NCBI GenBank assembly: GCA_964394925.1
Contig: CAYMZG010000002.1
Location: 109,738 to 173,737 of the forward strand
Direction: 5' to 3'
Length of the DNA stretch: 64,000 nucleotides
DNA from: an uncultured Candidatus Saccharibacteria bacterium
GTDB taxonomy: Bacteria > Patescibacteriota > Saccharimonadia > Saccharimonadales > CAYLGV01
Positions 1 through 8,651 of the stretch are shown here, one piece after another. Both the position numbers and the translations under genes were made by a program. The first letter of the stretch is position 1. Each line of letters opens with the position of its first letter. The notes beneath the pieces are model-generated. The model made no database searches. It was not told where the DNA came from and was given only the letters and a program-made list of their open reading frames with translations.

Positions 1-870
1 GTCGAGATGGTCGGCTTCGACGAGACCGTGATGGCACCGGCCCGCCGGCGACGTCGGCGCCGCTTCGTCACCGCGGTGGTCGACGTGACCGGCGGGCAGA
101 TCCTCGACATCTTCGAAGGGCGCGACGCCAAGGACCTGCGGGCCTGGATGGCCTCGATGCCGGCCGCCTGGCTCGCTGGGGTGCAGGTTGTCTCCGTCGA
201 CCCCCACGAGGGCTACCGCTCCGCGGTCGTCGGGCTCGACCCGGCCACCGGGGCGCAGAGCCCGCTGGCGGGGGCGACGGTGGTCGTGGACCCGTTCCAC
301 ATCGTGCGGCTCGCCAACCAGGCCGTCACCGGTGCCCGCCAGCGGATCCAACGCGAGACCCTCGAGCGGCGCGGCTGGAAGGGCGACCCGCTCTATGACA
401 TCCGCAAGCTGTTGCTGTTGGGCGCCGAACGCCTCGACGACACCGGCTGGGACCGGCTGCGCCAGGCGCTCAACGACGGCGACCCCGACGACACCGTGGT
501 CGACTGCTGGGTCGCGAAGGAGAAGGTCCGCGACGTGTACCTCACCGACGACCCCGCCGTCGCCGCCGAACACCTCGACGACGCCATCGCCTGGTGCACC
601 GCCCCCGAAGCCGGACCCGAGCTCGCCCGCCTCGCCAAGACCCTCCGCCGGTGGCGCACCGAGATCCTCGCCCACCACCACACCGGCGCGTCCAACGGCC
701 CGGTCGAAGCCGCGAACCTGCTCATCAAGCAGGTCAAGCGATCCGGACGCGGGTTCCGCAACCTCGCCAACTACCGACTCCGCATCCTCCTCGCCGGCGG
801 CGCCAACCCCGCCTGCAAGACTCAACCCATCACGAGCATCCGACCCCGCCGTCCCAGGTCAGTCGCGTAG
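1..870 (+). CDS. ISL3-family transposase, C-terminal ~290 aa (5' end lies outside the window)
   Basis: ORF 7..870 stays open in frame back to base 1. DPFHIVRLAN and NGPVEAANLLIKQVKRSGRGFRNLANYRLRILL resemble ISL3 (DDE_Tnp_ISL3) C-terminal motifs. Third codon positions are strongly GC-biased. Confidence 0.8.
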   Translation, partial: VEMVGFDETVMAPARRRRRRRFVTAVVDVTGGQILDIFEGRDAKDLRAWMASMPAAWLAGVQVVSVDPHEGYRSAVVGLDPATGAQSPLAGATVVVDPFHIVRLANQAVTGARQRIQRETLERRGWKGDPLYDIRKLLLLGAERLDDTGWDRLRQALNDGDPDDTVVDCWVAKEKVRDVYLTDDPAVAAEHLDDAIAWCTAPEAGPELARLAKTLRRWRTEILAHHHTGASNGPVEAANLLIKQVKRSGRGFRNLANYRLRILLAGGANPACKTQPITSIRPRRPRSVA

Positions 871-1157
871 GGCCAGTAAGAGACAGAGGTCATCGTCCCT
901 GGGACCGGCGCTCCGGCTCTCGCCGTGCCGCGGATGATTCGCGACCTAGAGCTCTTCTCAACTCAACCTGGCAGACCGGGCATTCGGTAGGGTGCTTCGG
1001 GACCGGGGCGCCTTCAAGACTGGGCGCCACGGGTTGGTGGGGTTCGCCCTACTCGGCACATGGCGTACAATACTGAAAGTGAATCAAGAGCACCAACACA
1101 CCATGAGACTCAATCGGAGCCGTCATCAAACCCCATCTAGCAGAGGCTACGCCGTAA

Positions 1158-2576
1158 ATGACTGAACACTCGCGCATCGAACTCATGGACTTCAGTCGGT
1201 CTGACGACGCGCTCTTCTTCCACTACCGGGTAGGTCCGTTCCGGTTCAACAATACGTTCTGGTACCGAGACTGCCACTTTCCGAGCCTCGAGGAATCCTA
1301 CGGTACCGAGTTTATGCATCGCATCTACTTCCATGTGGGTGCTTTCGAGATCAACAAGCTGGTAAGTCTCAACGCTCCAGAGATTTCTTTCGGCCCCTTC
1401 GATCGGTTCGTAACTCCGGCGTTCGTGGAACTTTGGACACAGATCGTTCACGGAGTGTGGGCGCAGTGGAGGTATGAAAATAACCTCCCGCAGTGGACAC
1501 CACCTTCTATTGTCTCGTCTCAACAGGCAGTTGATGAAGCTCTGCCGGCCACTGTCAAGGCGGGTGAGTCTCCCTTTCTCGCATTCTGTGGCGGTGGCAA
1601 GGACAGTGCGCTTGTTCAATGCCTGTTGGCAGGAAGCGGTGCGAACTACGAGACCTTTGTATATGCAAACAGTGTTTATGGGCGAGCGCAGAAGCAATTC
1701 GAAATCATTGAGCGCCTCCTTGCGGCTCTGCCGTCACGGCCAACTACGTACTTACAGGTATCTGATGACTTCCTCGAAGCACCACTTCAGCCGCTGCGCG
1801 AAGCCTTCCATATCAGTAGCGTCACGGCGGCCGAGACACCTTCGTCGATCTTCGAGGCGATCCCGCTTGCTCTCCAGCGCGGTTACACCCATATCGTGCT
1901 CGGCCACGAAAAGAGTGCTGACGTCGGGAATCTGATCTGGAATGAGACCGGCGAGGACGTGAACCACCAGTGGGGCAAGTCCAGTGAGGCAGAAGAACTC
2001 CTCAGCTCCTACCTGAAGAGCCAACTGGTCTCGAACCTAGACTTCTTTAGCATTCTCAAGCCGATTCACGATGTGGTTATCTTCGGTTCATTGCGTGACC
2101 TTCCAAGGGACGCAATCCTCGCCACGCACTCGTGCAATATTGACAAGCCGTGGTGCAAGCGTTGCGCCAAGTGCGTTTACGTGTGGCTCAACTATCTTGC
2201 CTATCTCGACGCGGACATTGTTTCTGAGATCTTCGACGAGAATCTGTTCGATGTCGAAGATAACTTCGGTCTTCTGACACAATTGATCGGTCTCACCGAC
2301 GCGACACCCTTCGAATGCATCGGCGAAGCGGACGAGTCGATGTTAGCGCTCGCCCTGTGCAAGGCTCGTGGCTACGAGGGCGCGTTCTTGGACAACGCTC
2401 AAATCCCCGCCGACCTCTCAAAGACCGTTATGAAGTACACCAAGGTGGACTCCTCCTACTCGGGGATGCCACAGGAGCTGGCTAGTGTGATAGGCGAGCT
2501 CGAGCGAAGCGCGGCAAGTACCCGGTCGTGGATCATTCGCACGCTGCAACAAGCGGGCGACCAGTCGGAGAGCTAA
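1158..2576 (+). CDS. QueC-like PP-loop ATP pyrophosphatase family protein with ~140-aa N-terminal extension (QatC/Cap9-like architecture)
   Basis: PP-loop CGGGKDS at aa 144-150 (variant of SGGxDS). C-terminal Cys cluster C326-x6-C-x2-C-x2-C resembles the QueC zinc site. GC is visibly lower than in the flanking DNA. Confidence 0.6.
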   Translation: MTEHSRIELMDFSRSDDALFFHYRVGPFRFNNTFWYRDCHFPSLEESYGTEFMHRIYFHVGAFEINKLVSLNAPEISFGPFDRFVTPAFVELWTQIVHGVWAQWRYENNLPQWTPPSIVSSQQAVDEALPATVKAGESPFLAFCGGGKDSALVQCLLAGSGANYETFVYANSVYGRAQKQFEIIERLLAALPSRPTTYLQVSDDFLEAPLQPLREAFHISSVTAAETPSSIFEAIPLALQRGYTHIVLGHEKSADVGNLIWNETGEDVNHQWGKSSEAEELLSSYLKSQLVSNLDFFSILKPIHDVVIFGSLRDLPRDAILATHSCNIDKPWCKRCAKCVYVWLNYLAYLDADIVSEIFDENLFDVEDNFGLLTQLIGLTDATPFECIGEADESMLALALCKARGYEGAFLDNAQIPADLSKTVMKYTKVDSSYSGMPQELASVIGELERSAASTRSWIIRTLQQAGDQSES

Positions 2577-2582
2577 GGGACT

Positions 2583-3902
2583 TTGAATTCAATCCGTTGT
2601 CATATGCAGGTCGTCCTCGAGACGGGCCTTGATCTTGATTCACAGGGCCTGATTCTTGCGGGCTACCAAAACGTTGCCTCACGGGTGGGGGCCGCTCTGA
2701 CGACACCGGCATGGGACGACCAGTCCGACTCCCAGGGGTCGGGCTTGGCGATAAGCGCTAAGGGCCGCCGAGGGTCACCGCTAATGCCAGCGTGGTTCCT
2801 CGAACTGCCGATGGATTGCACCAGCTTAGATCGTTCAGAAGCAGACAACGACCGGATCCGATTTCAGCCAGACCGCTGTGTCCTGAGGTTCTTCGACTAC
2901 GGCATCGCCATCCTCATGATTGACGGCCATGTGTCGACTTCTGCGGACTCCGACCTCCCGCCAAGCATCTTTGTTCGCGAAATTGAGCTACTCAGCGATA
3001 CGATTCCGTCGCTATTCCTTTCGGCAACCAGTTCCAGTGTCAGCTCGTTAAGGGCGGCGATCGAGAGCCAAGACTCCCAATTCGTGATTTCTGATCACAT
3101 CGCTCGCGAGATGAATACGGCTCTCGGTCGGCACTCGCAGGGTGCAGAGCAGGTACGACCGCTGTGGGTCCATCGCCTTCTTGCCTTCGACAAATCCTAC
3201 AGTGACCTCGATTTATCGCACTTGGTTGCGCTTCAGCGTCACCAAGAGGTTCGCATCGAGTCGGATAGTGATGAGTCCTACCGATTCATCCCCGGCCAAG
3301 GAACCTCGGTTGTTCTCTCCGAGGCTGGTGATTTGCCCGCCGAAATCGTTGAACCACTCGCGCTACTGAATGCGTACTACGCGGGCTCGAGCAAATACGA
3401 CGAGGCTGTGTTCTGGGGTATTTCCCAATTGCAAGCGATATCGCACGGCAAGGGTCGATACGGCGTCAAGTCGAAAGCGGACGAGATTCTTGCGTTGCAG
3501 GAGCGCGTCCTGCTATTCCGAGCCGCGGTCGATCACCAAGCGCATAACCTGTCACCGCAGGAACAGGTCGTGTGGCAGAAGATCTCCGCCGCATGGAACC
3601 TGCAACCTCTCATCGACGGTGTCGCCTCAAATGTTGCGACCTTAGACGGAATATTCCAGCATGTTGCAGAAAGCCGAAGGTCAGAGCAAGCTGATCGGCT
3701 TGCACTTCTTGTGCTGATCTTCACCGCCGCAAGCATTATGGGGGTCGGAGCAACACTGTTTCCTATTGTGGACGATGCGCCTGCCACGCTTCCAGTACTT
3801 GAGCGAGTACTGGTACTCGCTGGCCTTGTAATTGCGCCGTTGGTCGTGATCGGTGTCGTTGCTTTAATTGTGTGGCAGACAACACGTAGACGTGGTAGGT
3901 AG
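2583..3902 (+). CDS. membrane protein: ~370-aa soluble domain plus C-terminal two-TM hairpin (CorA / DUF155-like topology)
   Basis: It starts 7 nt after the stop of the upstream gene (TTG at 2583; alternative ATG at 2604). The C-terminus has two hydrophobic helices (LALLVLIFTAASIMGVGATLF, LVLAGLVIAPLVVIGVVALIVW) followed by RRRGR. The helical region before TM1 resembles a CorA/RMD1 stalk. Confidence 0.55.
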   Translation: MNSIRCHMQVVLETGLDLDSQGLILAGYQNVASRVGAALTTPAWDDQSDSQGSGLAISAKGRRGSPLMPAWFLELPMDCTSLDRSEADNDRIRFQPDRCVLRFFDYGIAILMIDGHVSTSADSDLPPSIFVREIELLSDTIPSLFLSATSSSVSSLRAAIESQDSQFVISDHIAREMNTALGRHSQGAEQVRPLWVHRLLAFDKSYSDLDLSHLVALQRHQEVRIESDSDESYRFIPGQGTSVVLSEAGDLPAEIVEPLALLNAYYAGSSKYDEAVFWGISQLQAISHGKGRYGVKSKADEILALQERVLLFRAAVDHQAHNLSPQEQVVWQKISAAWNLQPLIDGVASNVATLDGIFQHVAESRRSEQADRLALLVLIFTAASIMGVGATLFPIVDDAPATLPVLERVLVLAGLVIAPLVVIGVVALIVWQTTRRRGR

Positions 3903-4452
3903 CTGCGCAATGGTATTTCTGCAGGCCGTCCGAGTCTATTCGGGCGGCGGACTTCAAGTAAGCAGGTTTGTTGAGGCACCTTCACCGGATATGGCTCAGG
4001 CGCGGACCCTCGAAACAGCGGCAGACGGTGGCCTGTGGAACATCTACCTTGACCGTCCAGTTGGTCCCGTAGACGATCCCGAAGGCGTGACGGTGCTCCG
4101 TCTGGGGGACGGAACGTTCGCTTCTGCAGCCTACTCCACGGTCGGCTGGAACCACCGAACGGTGTTCAGCCCATGGTGTTCAGCGCCGACCTTTCGCGAT
4201 GCACTGCAAATCGTTTCGAAACGACGGCCGCGGTCTCGGTGTCCGCGTAGCTCCGAGCCCAGCGTAGGGTTGATTTTGTACGACGGGGTCCACCGGAGCG
4301 GAGCGTTGATGTACCCATGTGATCCGCGGTGCCTCGGGGAGCCAGGGCGATGGTGGCAGGGCGCGAAAGTGCCTGGTTTCTGCCGAACTAGAACTTGACC
4401 GGCCGGGGCCTACTTCTACGAAAAACAGCCCAATGGGGGGCCGGTCAGGCAC

Positions 4453-5217
4453 TCATGCGTCCTCGTTGATACGGCGCTGCAGGTCATCGAGGAAGAAGGC
4501 TCGCGCCTCGAAGCACGTGATGGCGCCACGGGTTAGTGCCGCTACCTTTCCGGGGTCATCGAGCCACTCCCTGATCGGCATGATGATGCTCTGCCCGTGA
4601 CGAGGGTCAATCTCAACATGGCGATTGAAGAACGTGTGATCGATTTCCAAGTCACTCGTTTCGCAGAACTTCTCGATCCCCGCCGTGACCCGTTCGTGCC
4701 TATACGGTGTCGAAGCTTCCATGCCGAAGATGATTGCTCCCATGACCTCAAGTTCTCGGTCCCCGCGGAACAAGTCGTAGATCACTGAGTGGTAGTAGCG
4801 GATTCCGGGAATCGGTAGCTCATCGTGCCAGTCTTCCGGATTCATTCCGATCGACCGCATGAACCTTCGGTAGAGTTCCGGGTGGGAAGGTCCGAAATCA
4901 CCAAGCTTTGGGTCGAAGCGTCGACCATATTCCTCGGCCAGAATCTCCGCGAGCGCTTCCTGTAGCGGCTCGACGCTGGACACAGTTATGGCGCCTGCCA
5001 GGTACTTACGGAACTGGCGCACGTGGCCGTAATACATTCCCGCGAATGCCCGCAGTTGGTCCAGGTCGAACGAGCCAGTGGCGATCCATTCCCATAGCGG
5101 GTGCTTCAACCCAACGTGGCTCTCGACTGCTTTTTCGATAGACCGCACGGCGTCAAGCTGAGAGTCCGTGAGTTGGTCGTTGTTCGCGTCGGGCAGATGC
5201 CAGTTCGTTGCTACCAT
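4453..5217 (-). CDS. heme-oxygenase-like / iron-containing redox enzyme family protein (PqqC/CADD-like fold)
   Basis: Start chosen at ATG 5217, with AAGGA 5 nt upstream. The longer ORF to 5508 has a nonsense-like N-terminus. LAEILAEEYG...SHPELYRRFMRSIG is typical of Haem_oxygenas_2-type proteins. Confidence 0.6.
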   Translation of the reverse strand: MVATNWHLPDANNDQLTDSQLDAVRSIEKAVESHVGLKHPLWEWIATGSFDLDQLRAFAGMYYGHVRQFRKYLAGAITVSSVEPLQEALAEILAEEYGRRFDPKLGDFGPSHPELYRRFMRSIGMNPEDWHDELPIPGIRYYHSVIYDLFRGDRELEVMGAIIFGMEASTPYRHERVTAGIEKFCETSDLEIDHTFFNRHVEIDPRHGQSIIMPIREWLDDPGKVAALTRGAITCFEARAFFLDDLQRRINEDA

Positions 5218-5428
5218 TGTCGTCCTTGCAGGAGGCTGGGGTGTGGGGGGCAACGGACGATAGCACGCGTCCCAATCTGAGGTCCGTGTGCACGTTCGGA
5301 CCACGGGCGGTACATGGCTCGGCCGAGACGGCCCTGAAAGCTCCCGCGACACGACGATGCGCTGCCGCAACTCCGCCAGCCTCGTATCGTCCTGCGGTCG
5401 CACAGACGCCACGTTCGAGGAGTACGAG

Positions 5429-5872
5429 ATGGCTACGAAGCAGTCCACGCAGAAGAACGGGCAACGACCTGGCCGCAAGCCAGGTACGAAGATGACCGAT
5501 GAGCACAAGGCGGCGCTTGCCGCCGGTCGGGAGTCAGGCCGAGCTGTGAGGGCGTACCTCCAGGCACTTGAGGATCACCGGCCAAGACGCGGCCGGAAGC
5601 GCACACCAGAGAGCATCCAGGCCCGGCTGGCCAAGATCGACGACCAGCTTGCCGGAGCCGATCCTGTCAAGCGGCTGAACCTGGTCCAAGAACGTCTCGA
5701 CCTCATCGCCGAGCAGGATGCGCTCAGCCAGACGACAGATCTGGCGGCGCTTGAGCAGGACTTCCGGAAGCACGCCAAGGCGTACAGCCAGAACAAGGGC
5801 ATTACCTACGCCGCTTGGCGAGAGGTCGGCGTACCGGCAGACATCCTGAAGGCTGCCGGCATCACGAGGTAG
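5429..5872 (+). CDS. hypothetical basic/coiled-coil protein, possible DNA-binding tail
   Basis: ATG 5429 has GAGGAG 6 nt upstream. The N-terminus is Lys/Arg-rich. The C-terminal ITYAAWREVGVPADILKAAGI resembles actinobacterial conserved hypotheticals. Confidence 0.5.
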   Translation: MATKQSTQKNGQRPGRKPGTKMTDEHKAALAAGRESGRAVRAYLQALEDHRPRRGRKRTPESIQARLAKIDDQLAGADPVKRLNLVQERLDLIAEQDALSQTTDLAALEQDFRKHAKAYSQNKGITYAAWREVGVPADILKAAGITR

Positions 5873-6036
5873 CTTGAGCGTCGGGTGACCGGACGCTCCA
5901 CGACGGTGGCCCCGGTGGCGCCTGATCCCACCCCTTTCTTAACGTCAGGCGTACATCGTTTGCGGGAACGGCGACCTTCGGCCCCTCCACCACCCGGAGG
6001 TCGCTGCTCCTGCGGGGCCCAGGATTGGTTGAGAGG

Positions 6037-6927
6037 CTACGGATGATCCGCCAGTCGCCGCTTGGTGATCTCGGCGTACTCGGCGTTCAGCTCGATGCCA
6101 ACGGCTCTCCGCCCAAGGCTTGCAGCGACTACTGCCGTCGTCCCGGACCCAAGGAACGGATCGAGCACGATGTCACCAGGCTTCGTACTGAGGAGGAGGC
6201 ACTGCTCCACTAGCTCGGTCGGGTAGGTGGCGAAGTGCGCGTCGGGCACCCCGACGGTGTTGATCTGCCAGACGTCTCGGATGCGTCGACCGTTCGGTCC
6301 GCTGAGCGCATCGACGAAGTATGTGTAGCGCTCGGACTTCGAGAACAGGAAGACATGCTCGTGGCTTCGCGTCGGGCGATCCCCGACGCTCTCTGGCTGA
6401 CAGTTCGGCTTGTACCAGATGACGTCTGACCTCAGGTACCAACCGGCGTCCTGCAGGGCGAAGGCCAGCCGCCACGGGATTCCGATGAGGTCCTTCGGCT
6501 TCAAGCCGTCCGGGGTCGCCGGCCTCCACTGAGCGGCACGTGCCGGGTTCTTCTTGTCGGGTGCCCGCCAGGTGCGACCTCCGGACGTGTAGCTGTCACC
6601 GATGTTGAGCCACACCACTCCGTCGTCTCTCAACACCCGGTGGACTTCGTCGAACAGGCTGGCGAGCGTCTTGATGTAGACGGGTAGCGGCTCGTCTCGG
6701 CCGAGATGCCCGTCGATGTCGTAGTCCCTCAGCGACCAGTAGGGCGGCGACGTCACGACGCACTGCACTGACTGATCCGGCAGCGCCGCTAGGACGTCCA
6801 CGGCGTTGCCGATGATGACCAAGGGTTGCTTGGCCTCGAGTTTGTCGAACCGGTAGATAGATCGATCGGTATGGCGACGGATCACTGCGCGCACGGCTGT
6901 TGCCTCCTGGCTCAGATTCTGGCGCAC
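6037..6927 (-). CDS. beta-class N4/N6 DNA methyltransferase (SPPY catalytic motif, likely m4C)
   Basis: Catalytic motif VVTSPPYW precedes the AdoMet motif VLDPFLGSGTT, which is the permuted beta-class order. GTG start at 6927. Confidence 0.85.
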   Translation of the reverse strand: MRQNLSQEATAVRAVIRRHTDRSIYRFDKLEAKQPLVIIGNAVDVLAALPDQSVQCVVTSPPYWSLRDYDIDGHLGRDEPLPVYIKTLASLFDEVHRVLRDDGVVWLNIGDSYTSGGRTWRAPDKKNPARAAQWRPATPDGLKPKDLIGIPWRLAFALQDAGWYLRSDVIWYKPNCQPESVGDRPTRSHEHVFLFSKSERYTYFVDALSGPNGRRIRDVWQINTVGVPDAHFATYPTELVEQCLLLSTKPGDIVLDPFLGSGTTAVVAASLGRRAVGIELNAEYAEITKRRLADHP

Positions 6928-7073
6928 GCCACAACCTGTGCCGCGAACGCCGGATGCTTGCTTGGCTGAGGGAGGCCTGCTACGCCTCCGATGAGGGCGA
7001 GCCTTGAGGCAGGCTCACGAGCCGGACGCTGGTGAACCGTCACTCAGCGTGATGCCCGTCCTATGCTTCAGCA

Positions 7074-7883
7074 GTGGACGGGAGCCTTGAGAACATCGCC
7101 GATGTCCTTGAGCAAGCCTCGCCGCAGCGTCGAGCGCTGCTTGAGGCGGTGGCTGCCTTGTCTGAGGTGCATGTTCCGCGAGTGCTGCAGCTCGTCGAGC
7201 GACTGCAGCAGGCAGTCGCTGTCGAGTCGCTGACGCCCGACCATCCGATCTTCACGAACGAGTGGGTCGACCGGTTCGCCATCCGGCTGCAGGTCCATCA
7301 CGCCACGAACCTCGCACCCCTGAACCGTACTGGTTTCGAGGACGCCTTCACGGAGTGCTGCGAGGCAGCGGGCATCCCGGTCGAACCTGCCACCAGTGCG
7401 ACCAACCGGTTTTGGGACGTGAAGGTCGGTGATCTTCACGCGTCGCTCAAGACCGAAGGCTCGCAGGCGATCGCACCGGACTTCATCCACATCTCCAAGC
7501 TGTCGGAAGCGGCATGGATTCAGGACGTGCGTACGGCGACGGCCCGCCGCGACAAGACCTTGGAGCTTTTCTCGACGTACCGAAGCCTCGTCGACGTCAT
7601 CTACATGCTCAGGATCTTCAAGGCGCTCAACCCGATCAGGTACGAACTGGTCGAGATCCCCGTCGACCTGTTCGACCCGATCCAACAGCTCAGTCGCAAC
7701 GATTTCACCGCCGACGCCCCGAGCATTCTCATTCCCCCTGGAAGCAACCCTCCCGACTACCGCCTTCGTCTCGACCGGTCGGACGCCAAGATTACGATTG
7801 CCCGGCTTCGGAAGGATCGGTGCCATGTCCATGCGGTGTGGCTGGTCCACACGTCCTCAAGCGGCACTCTGGCCGAGGACTAG
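7074..7883 (+). CDS. putative type II restriction endonuclease partner of the methyltransferase
   Basis: It is divergent from the MTase across 146 bp. GC3 bias supports the + frame over the antisense ORF 7068..7850. FWDVKVGDLHASLKTEG could be a PD-(D/E)xK-like D...SxK core. No family was recognised. Confidence 0.45.
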   Translation: MDGSLENIADVLEQASPQRRALLEAVAALSEVHVPRVLQLVERLQQAVAVESLTPDHPIFTNEWVDRFAIRLQVHHATNLAPLNRTGFEDAFTECCEAAGIPVEPATSATNRFWDVKVGDLHASLKTEGSQAIAPDFIHISKLSEAAWIQDVRTATARRDKTLELFSTYRSLVDVIYMLRIFKALNPIRYELVEIPVDLFDPIQQLSRNDFTADAPSILIPPGSNPPDYRLRLDRSDAKITIARLRKDRCHVHAVWLVHTSSSGTLAED

Positions 7884-8495
7884 CTGATCCCAGCCGGCAA
7901 CGAAGGCCGCCGCTTGCATGTGCAGCACCGGCTCGATGTCACGACCGTCGGTGCGCTGCTGCCAGAGCTTGCCTCGGTGAACATCGAGCAGTGCGATCGC
8001 CGGACCGCCGATTGACGGCCCGAAGTGCCGGTCAAGGAGGTACAGCAACGGGTTGGCGACCCGTTGCGTCAACGTGAGCTTCTCCTTCAGGTGCAACTTC
8101 ACGATGGTGTCAACGCCGTTGATCCGCAGCAGCCACTCAGGGTTCACCCTGACCTGCAGCCGGTCGTGCGTCCATGTCGCGGGCTTTGGCAGCCCGACGA
8201 ACTCGATCGTCTTGCGGCCCCAGAAGCGCTCGTAGCCCTTGCAGGCCGACTGGTACTGCTCGGCGCGGTTGTCCTTGGCGCCTGCGCTCACTTGACGAAG
8301 CAGCTCTCGACCGCCGCCTCGACGGTGGTTCTTCTCGACGTCCTCACGCCAGCGTGACCAGAAGTCAGCCGACGGCGAGTAACCCTGTTCATACTGGCGT
8401 CGGATCTCGCGGACCTTGGCGAGTTGGCCGAGGGGATCGCTGACGACGAAGTCGCCGAAGCGGGTCATGCTGATCACGATGGGCTTGTTCGCCAC
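7857..8495 (-). CDS. hypothetical protein (orphan, no motif recognised)
   Basis: 212-aa ORF with balanced, protein-like composition. Its 3' end overlaps the 3' end of 7074..7883 by 27 bp. Confidence 0.5.
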   Translation of the reverse strand: MANKPIVISMTRFGDFVVSDPLGQLAKVREIRRQYEQGYSPSADFWSRWREDVEKNHRRGGGRELLRQVSAGAKDNRAEQYQSACKGYERFWGRKTIEFVGLPKPATWTHDRLQVRVNPEWLLRINGVDTIVKLHLKEKLTLTQRVANPLLYLLDRHFGPSIGGPAIALLDVHRGKLWQQRTDGRDIEPVLHMQAAAFVAGWDQLVLGQSAA

Positions 8496-8651
8496 GATGA
8501 GCCTCCAAACGGAGCTGCGGGCTGGCCCGCAGTGAGAGCCGATCTGACTCCTGAGCCGATCCTAAGCAGGGGGTGTGACACGGAAGCCGGGAGGAGAGGC
8601 TTGGACGGTGCGCTCTACCCGTCCTGACCAGGACGGACGTAGGATCAACCC

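Noticed and set aside
188-1076. ORFs 188..937 (+), 393..770 (-) and 594..1076 (+) overlap the transposase gene.
   Set aside because: These are shadow ORFs typical of high-GC DNA. Their translations are Arg/Pro/Ser/Ala-rich low complexity, while the frame at 1..870 carries recognisable ISL3 motifs.
871-1157. I searched for the right inverted repeat of the ISL3 element, and for a promoter of the QueC-like gene (TACAAT at 1066-1071).
   Set aside because: The left IS end is outside the window, so the IR cannot be defined by self-comparison. The -10-like hexamer has no convincing -35 element. The GC drop near 1050-1080 hints at the IS or insert boundary but is not precise.
1137-2282. ORFs overlapping the QueC-like gene: antisense 1137..1697, 1752..2024 and 2088..2282, and same-strand alternative-frame 1474..1935 and 2071..2277.
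   Set aside because: They carry no motifs. The PP-loop and Cys-cluster motifs fix the 1158..2576 frame as the coding one.
3868-4452. ORFs 3868..4398 (+) and 4180..4452 (-) lie in the gap after the membrane-protein gene.
   Set aside because: Their composition decays into Arg/Pro/Ser-rich sequence, and I saw no RBS or motif. I treat the interval as non-coding or a decayed gene (see findings), not as features.
7068-8077. ORF 7068..7850 (-) and ORFs 7429..7887 and 7514..8077 (+) compete with the putative endonuclease gene.
   Set aside because: The 7074..7883 frame has the GC3 bias and a balanced amino-acid composition. The alternatives are Arg/Pro/Gly-rich shadow frames. The call remains only moderately confident.
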